DNA from: an uncultured Bacilli bacterium
Lineage (GTDB): Bacteria; Bacillota_I; Bacilli_A; RF39; UBA660
Direction: 5' to 3'
DNA: 64,000 nucleotides
Assembly (NCBI GenBank): GCA_944358875.1
Contig: CALVRZ010000001.1
Location: 20,214 to 84,213 of the forward strand
Shown piece after piece: positions 59,640 through 64,000 of this stretch; the stretch's first letter is position 1, and the number at the start of each line of letters is the position of its first letter. The notes under the pieces are model-generated. The model saw nothing but the letters and a program-made list of their open reading frames with translations, had not been told where the DNA came from and searched no databases. Made by a program: the position numbers and the translations under genes.

Positions 59640-60560
59640 ATGGAAGTTAATATAGAAAAGTATTTTAAAAGGTTTTATCCTTTTACAAATGAAAATATAA
59701 AAGAAATGCATAATTATTTGGATTTTAGGGATAAAGATATTTTAACTGTGTGTGGTTCTGGTGATTTAATACTTAATATGATTTTATGGGGGACTAAAAG
59801 GATTGATGCTTTTGATATTAATCGTGATTGTATTTGGTATTATGAACTTAAGAAAGCTGGAATATTAGGTTTAGAGAGAAAGGAATTTATTGAATTTTTC
59901 TGTTTTGAAGATTATCCCGTTCCTTATCAATATAATAAGAAGGCATTTAGTAAGAAAGTGTATAATAAGTTAGTTCCTTTTTTAAAAACTGAGGCAAAAG
60001 AGTATTGGGATTTTCATTTTGGTAATGTTTTTAATTCTGGTTTAAATATTCGGTCAAATGCTAAATTGTTTATGAAAGAACCAGTTGGATATAAAGAAAA
60101 TATTAAGTGTAATGATTATCTTAATAATGATGAAAATTATTATTTATTAAGAGAGAAAATTAGGAATTTTGATATTAACTTTTATCATGTTAATGTTACT
60201 GATTTGAATAGAACTTTAAATATTAAATATGATTATATTTTCTTATCTAATATTTCTTCATATATGGATTTGTTATTCGATAAAGATACTTTAATTCAGT
60301 TTAGAGATTTAATCGTGGGACTTTTACCTTATTTAAATGATAAGGGAATTATTCAGATTGGTTATTTATATAATTATAAATTGCCTTTATATGGCCCTTA
60401 TTATATTGAAAAAGATTGGACTTATATACATGATGTAATGCTAATTAATAGTCTTTTTGATAATAAACATTTGTGGTGTCTTCCTGTTAATTCTGTTCTT
60501 GAATATCCAAAGAATGATACTGATATAGTTATGTTATATAAAAAGAGAGTTAAAAGATAG
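59640..60560 (+). CDS. DUF3419/BtaA-like putative SAM-binding protein
   Basis: ILTVCGSGDLILNMILWG...IDAFDIN resembles the Rossmann-like N-terminal region of DUF3419 proteins. Tentative. Confidence 0.35.
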   Translation: MEVNIEKYFKRFYPFTNENIKEMHNYLDFRDKDILTVCGSGDLILNMILWGTKRIDAFDINRDCIWYYELKKAGILGLERKEFIEFFCFEDYPVPYQYNKKAFSKKVYNKLVPFLKTEAKEYWDFHFGNVFNSGLNIRSNAKLFMKEPVGYKENIKCNDYLNNDENYYLLREKIRNFDINFYHVNVTDLNRTLNIKYDYIFLSNISSYMDLLFDKDTLIQFRDLIVGLLPYLNDKGIIQIGYLYNYKLPLYGPYYIEKDWTYIHDVMLINSLFDNKHLWCLPVNSVLEYPKNDTDIVMLYKKRVKR

Positions 60561-60870
60561 GTATTGTCAAAATAGCTATTTTGTGTTATGATGAATATGT
60601 CAAGGGAACTTGAATACAATAAAAAAGGAACACTTAATTTGCCAATGCTTAAGTGTTGCCAAAAATTTTTGGGTTCACCTAATTCATTAGATGAGTTAGG
60701 TTTGGTGGTTTTTATTATATTATTACTATGTGCTCCATCTAATTTATATCATGAGTTAGGTGGATTTCTTTTAATTTGATGAAAAAATATTATAAAAAAG
60801 GGAAAGTTTAACAAATAACTTTCTTTTTTTTTCATTAATTGGTATAATTAGTTATGAAAGTAGGTGTGAT

Positions 60871-61611
60871 ATGAGAAATGATGTACCACCAGAAGTTATG
60901 GAATTATTATTTAATCATGGTTATGAAGATGAAATTATCGATATAGTTATGGCTAACCAAGATAATGGTGCTTATGAAGTTAGTGATATTCCTATTTCAC
61001 CACTGACAATATTGGAAAGTGATGATAAGGTAATTATTAGTCCAAAAGTATATGATGTATATACTAAGTTAGTGGCAAGAATTAGTGATATTGATACGGC
61101 TTTAGAAGTTCCTTTCTTCCTTTTAGGGAAGAGAAAAGAAATAGATGGTAATAGTTATATTTTATTTGAAGAGATAAAATATGATATTAATAAAGCTGAA
61201 TCTGATTTTCATGTATGTAATGATATTAATCAGTTTAGAGGATTATTGAATGATGATAATTATGATGTTATTTCCATTGGTCATACTCATGGTAATGTTA
61301 GTGACGATAAGAAAAAGAAGACTTTAACAGAAAACTTATCAAAAGAAATAAAAGATAAATACAATATTAGAGATGTTGGTTTAAATGTTTCTATCGCAGA
61401 TATTTGGCAGCTTGATGCTTTTAAGCAAATTGCTAAACTTACCAATGAGAAAGAAGTACTAGAGACTATTATTATGTACAATGGTGATATGATTGTTATG
61501 GTCCCCGATAGGGTAGATAAAATAAATAATATTCAAACAATATTAGAAGATGGAAAGATAGTTGATATACCAACAGGACTAGTTAGTGCAAATAAAAAAA
61601 GTAAAAAATAA
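60871..61611 (+). CDS. Hypothetical protein (contains HTHG...SIAD, a weak JAMM-like spacing)
   Basis: ORF with RBS. Motif assignment not secure. Confidence 0.35.
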   Translation: MRNDVPPEVMELLFNHGYEDEIIDIVMANQDNGAYEVSDIPISPLTILESDDKVIISPKVYDVYTKLVARISDIDTALEVPFFLLGKRKEIDGNSYILFEEIKYDINKAESDFHVCNDINQFRGLLNDDNYDVISIGHTHGNVSDDKKKKTLTENLSKEIKDKYNIRDVGLNVSIADIWQLDAFKQIAKLTNEKEVLETIIMYNGDMIVMVPDRVDKINNIQTILEDGKIVDIPTGLVSANKKSKK

Positions 61612-61689
61612 AAAAAATGAAAAAATTAAAGATAAGTATTTTATTTTATTCTTTTTTTTGATATAATAAGGAAAGAGTAGGTGAAGTAC

Positions 61690-62343
61690 ATGAAAAGGAA
61701 ACTATTACTACTACTATCAATCTTAATGATATCGGGGTGTACTAATATTAATAATCTTAGTTATAGTGAACTGATCGATCAGTCATTAGACTCGGATTTG
61801 GTTTTATTAAATGAAGTATCTACAGGGTATAAATATTATTTACCTAGAGGAGTAACATTAAAAGAAGATAATGATTTTAATCAGAAATTAGCTTTTATGG
61901 ATACTTATTTATATATGTATGTCGATATTATTAGTTATTATTATAAGAATGAGCTTAATTATAGAGAGACAGAAGATTTTAGTTATTTTTATCAAAATAT
62001 TGAAAAAGATGGTAAGACTGGTTATGTGGGGATTAGACAAGAAGGTGAAAAATATTTTGTTAAGATAGTCTATAATTATGCTAAGATTGAAGCTTATGTG
62101 AGTGAAAATCAGATTAGTAGTACGATTAGTTATGCCATGATATTATTAAATAGTATTAGATATAATGATACTTTAATAGATAGAATAGTAAATGATACTT
62201 CAGTTAATTCCTCAGAAATAACTTATGAAATAGATAAACCAAGTGGTTCAGAAAGTAAGTTTTCTCAGTATTTGAGTGAATATGTCCAAGAAGAAGATGA
62301 TGACAATGATGTGGTATTGCCTGATGAATATGAAAACGAGTAA
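61690..62343 (+). CDS. Lipoprotein of unknown function
   Basis: Signal peptide LLLLLSILMISGC-TN lipobox. RBS AGGTGA. Confidence 0.5.
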   Translation: MKRKLLLLLSILMISGCTNINNLSYSELIDQSLDSDLVLLNEVSTGYKYYLPRGVTLKEDNDFNQKLAFMDTYLYMYVDIISYYYKNELNYRETEDFSYFYQNIEKDGKTGYVGIRQEGEKYFVKIVYNYAKIEAYVSENQISSTISYAMILLNSIRYNDTLIDRIVNDTSVNSSEITYEIDKPSGSESKFSQYLSEYVQEEDDDNDVVLPDEYENE

Positions 62344-62360
62344 GAAAGAGGTGCTTTTAA

Positions 62361-63404
62361 ATGGGACTATTAGATAAGTTTAAAGATTTATTTACGGATG
62401 TTGAGGAGGTCGAAGAAGAAAAAGTAATCGAAGAAGAAGAAATTACTCCTCCAGAAGAAAATAAACTTCCTACTTTTATGCGTGAGAAGATTGAACGGGA
62501 AGAACAAGAGAAGGTAATTCCTTTGGAACAACCAAAAGAAGAGAAAAAAGAAGAAGATGATGGTTTATTAAAACCTAATAATAGTTTTCGCTTTCCAATT
62601 GATTATGATGATGAGGATGATGCTTTTTTAGTAAGAAAAGAGACAAGAGAAGAAAAAGTAATGCGAAGAGAAGTTAAGCATGAAGAAGTTCCAGTTAAAC
62701 CTAAAGTAGAACTTTATAATAAGAGTGCTAAAGAAAAGGAAAAAGAGAAAGGAAAGCAGGAAGAAAAGAAGTTTGCTCCATCGCCAATTATTTCGCCTGT
62801 GTATGGTGTACTAGACAAGAATTATCATCAAGATGAGGTAAGAGCTAAGGAAGAAGATTCTTATGAATTACAAAGACCATCAAAGAAACTTGATTTTGAA
62901 AGTGTTAGAAAGAAAGCTTTTGGAACTTTAAGTGATGATATAAAAGATAATATGATGTGTGAAAATTGTGAGTTATTGAAGGAATTAAAGGAAAGTACTA
63001 AAGTGGAACAAATTAGTGAAGATGATTTACTTTATGAAATGACAGAAGAAGAAAAAACAGTGGATGTAAAACCAAAAGATAATATTACAATTGATGAAGC
63101 TGTCGAAAACTATTATGATTTTGGTGTTGCTTATGAACCTGATACTTCAACTAAAACAATTGATGATAATGATGATGTGGTTATTGTTAATCATAATGAT
63201 GAAGAATCAAGAGCTTCTAAGATAGAAGTAAAAGAAGATGTAACACCTTTGAAAGATAATGATATTAGTTTAATTAGTGATGATATTGAAGAAGAGAAGA
63301 ATGAAGAAGTCAAGGATACTCCTCTTGAAGATTTAGAACTTACAGATGATTTATTTAATTTGATTGATTCAATGTATATGGAAAAGGAGGATAAGAATGA
63401 TTGA
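62361..63404 (+). CDS. Highly acidic Glu/Lys/Asp-rich protein
   Basis: RBS AAGAGGTG. Low-complexity charged sequence. Confidence 0.4.
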   Translation: MGLLDKFKDLFTDVEEVEEEKVIEEEEITPPEENKLPTFMREKIEREEQEKVIPLEQPKEEKKEEDDGLLKPNNSFRFPIDYDDEDDAFLVRKETREEKVMRREVKHEEVPVKPKVELYNKSAKEKEKEKGKQEEKKFAPSPIISPVYGVLDKNYHQDEVRAKEEDSYELQRPSKKLDFESVRKKAFGTLSDDIKDNMMCENCELLKELKESTKVEQISEDDLLYEMTEEEKTVDVKPKDNITIDEAVENYYDFGVAYEPDTSTKTIDDNDDVVIVNHNDEESRASKIEVKEDVTPLKDNDISLISDDIEEEKNEEVKDTPLEDLELTDDLFNLIDSMYMEKEDKND

Positions 63405-63678
63405 GACTAATCCAGCTTTAGTGATTTTACCAATTATTTTGTATATACTTGGTTCTATTCTATTAGTAGTATTAATAATATTAGGTATAAAGTTGATTAT
63501 TACGATGAATAAAATTGAAAAAGTCGTCGATGATGTTAATATTAAGGTTAATAAACTGAATAATTTATTTAATATAATTGATATGGTAACTGATAAGTTT
63601 GCAACAATTACAGATAATGTTATCGAAGGGATTAGCTCAGTTGTTAAAAAAATATTTGGAAAAGGAAAGGGTGAATAG
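63397..63678 (+). CDS. DUF948-like small membrane protein (single TM + coiled coil)
   Basis: RBS AAGGAGG. ALVILPIILYILGSILLVVLIILGI TM then a coiled-coil. Overlaps the upstream gene by 8 nt. Confidence 0.5.
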   Translation: MIETNPALVILPIILYILGSILLVVLIILGIKLIITMNKIEKVVDDVNIKVNKLNNLFNIIDMVTDKFATITDNVIEGISSVVKKIFGKGKGE

Positions 63679-63680
63679 CA

Positions 63681-64000
63681 ATGGGAAAGAAAAAAAGTGG
63701 TTTAGGTAAGTTTGCACTAGGTCTTGGTATTGGTGCAGGATTAGGTATTTTGTTTGCTCCTAAGAAAGGTAGCGAAACAAGACAAGATCTTAAAAGGAAA
63801 CTAGATGAATTAATTAACAAAGTTAAAGAAATTGATGTTAATGAAGTTAAAGAAGAATTCTTTAATAAAGTTGATGAAATTAAAAAGGAATTAGAAGATC
63901 TTGATAAAGAAAAGGCTATTAAGTTAGCTAAGAAAAAAGGTGAAGAACTTAAGGTTAAATGTGGTGAATTAATCGAACTTGCAAAAGAAAAAGGTACACC
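63681..64000 (+). CDS. YtxH-like protein, 3' end outside window
   Basis: GLGIGAGLGILFAPKKGSETRQDLKRKL matches the YtxH signature (GxxxG...APxSGxETR). Confidence 0.5.
   Translation, partial: MGKKKSGLGKFALGLGIGAGLGILFAPKKGSETRQDLKRKLDELINKVKEIDVNEVKEEFFNKVDEIKKELEDLDKEKAIKLAKKKGEELKVKCGELIELAKEKGT

Noticed and set aside
60588-60779. 63-aa ORF (MMNMSRELEY...) downstream of the DUF3419-like gene
   Set aside because: No convincing RBS and no recognisable features. Kept out of the feature list as probably non-coding.
1-64000. Possible alternative genetic code (UGA=Trp) given the very low GC and Mollicutes-like composition
   Set aside because: Conserved genes (eno, ftsZ, leuS, rnr, proS) are uninterrupted under the standard code, and TGA is used as a terminal stop (e.g. 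10216-10218, 54021-54023).

Overview
This is an AT-rich (about 27-30% GC) Firmicutes chromosomal segment using the standard genetic code: TGA is a stop and known genes are intact under table 11. Housekeeping genes are ezrA (3'-partial), uppS, eno, feoAB, ftsA-ftsZ, rpsB-tsf, leuS behind a T-box-like leader, rpoZ, xth, proS, secG-rnr-smpB, a sirtuin, rdgB and a minus-strand tRNA-Arg/Pro/Ala cluster plus tRNA-Leu. Accessory features worth attention:
1. An IS1634-family insertion sequence flanked by a perfect 62-bp target duplication that itself carries a TTGACA/TATAAT promoter, lying between a prepilin-type gene pair and flp-like/feoAB.
2. Two copies of a 167-bp MITE with 15-bp terminal inverted repeats and 8-bp target duplications.
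3. A composite region between ftsZ and rpsB in which about 340-bp direct repeats, each encoding a 24-aa hydrophobic peptide, flank an AT-rich 511-aa orphan gene.
4. Two paralogous prepilin-type proteins with no pilus assembly genes nearby, one a 579-aa protein with Ig-like repeats and a Gly/Cys-rich tail.
5. A dockerin-bearing SH3b surface protein next to a membrane-anchored cadherin-like protein.
6. The best candidate for an undescribed system: a tight seven-gene same-strand operon at 51.5-57.7 kb encoding RdgB, a PnuC-family transporter, a nucleoside 2-deoxyribosyltransferase-like protein, a small radical SAM enzyme, a CYTH-like/P-loop kinase fusion, a His-rich/DHH-DHHA1 phosphoesterase and a calcineurin-like metallophosphoesterase. 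This looks like a dedicated (deoxy)nucleoside or nucleotide uptake, modification and hydrolysis module.
All calls rest on motif recognition by eye; no searches were run.
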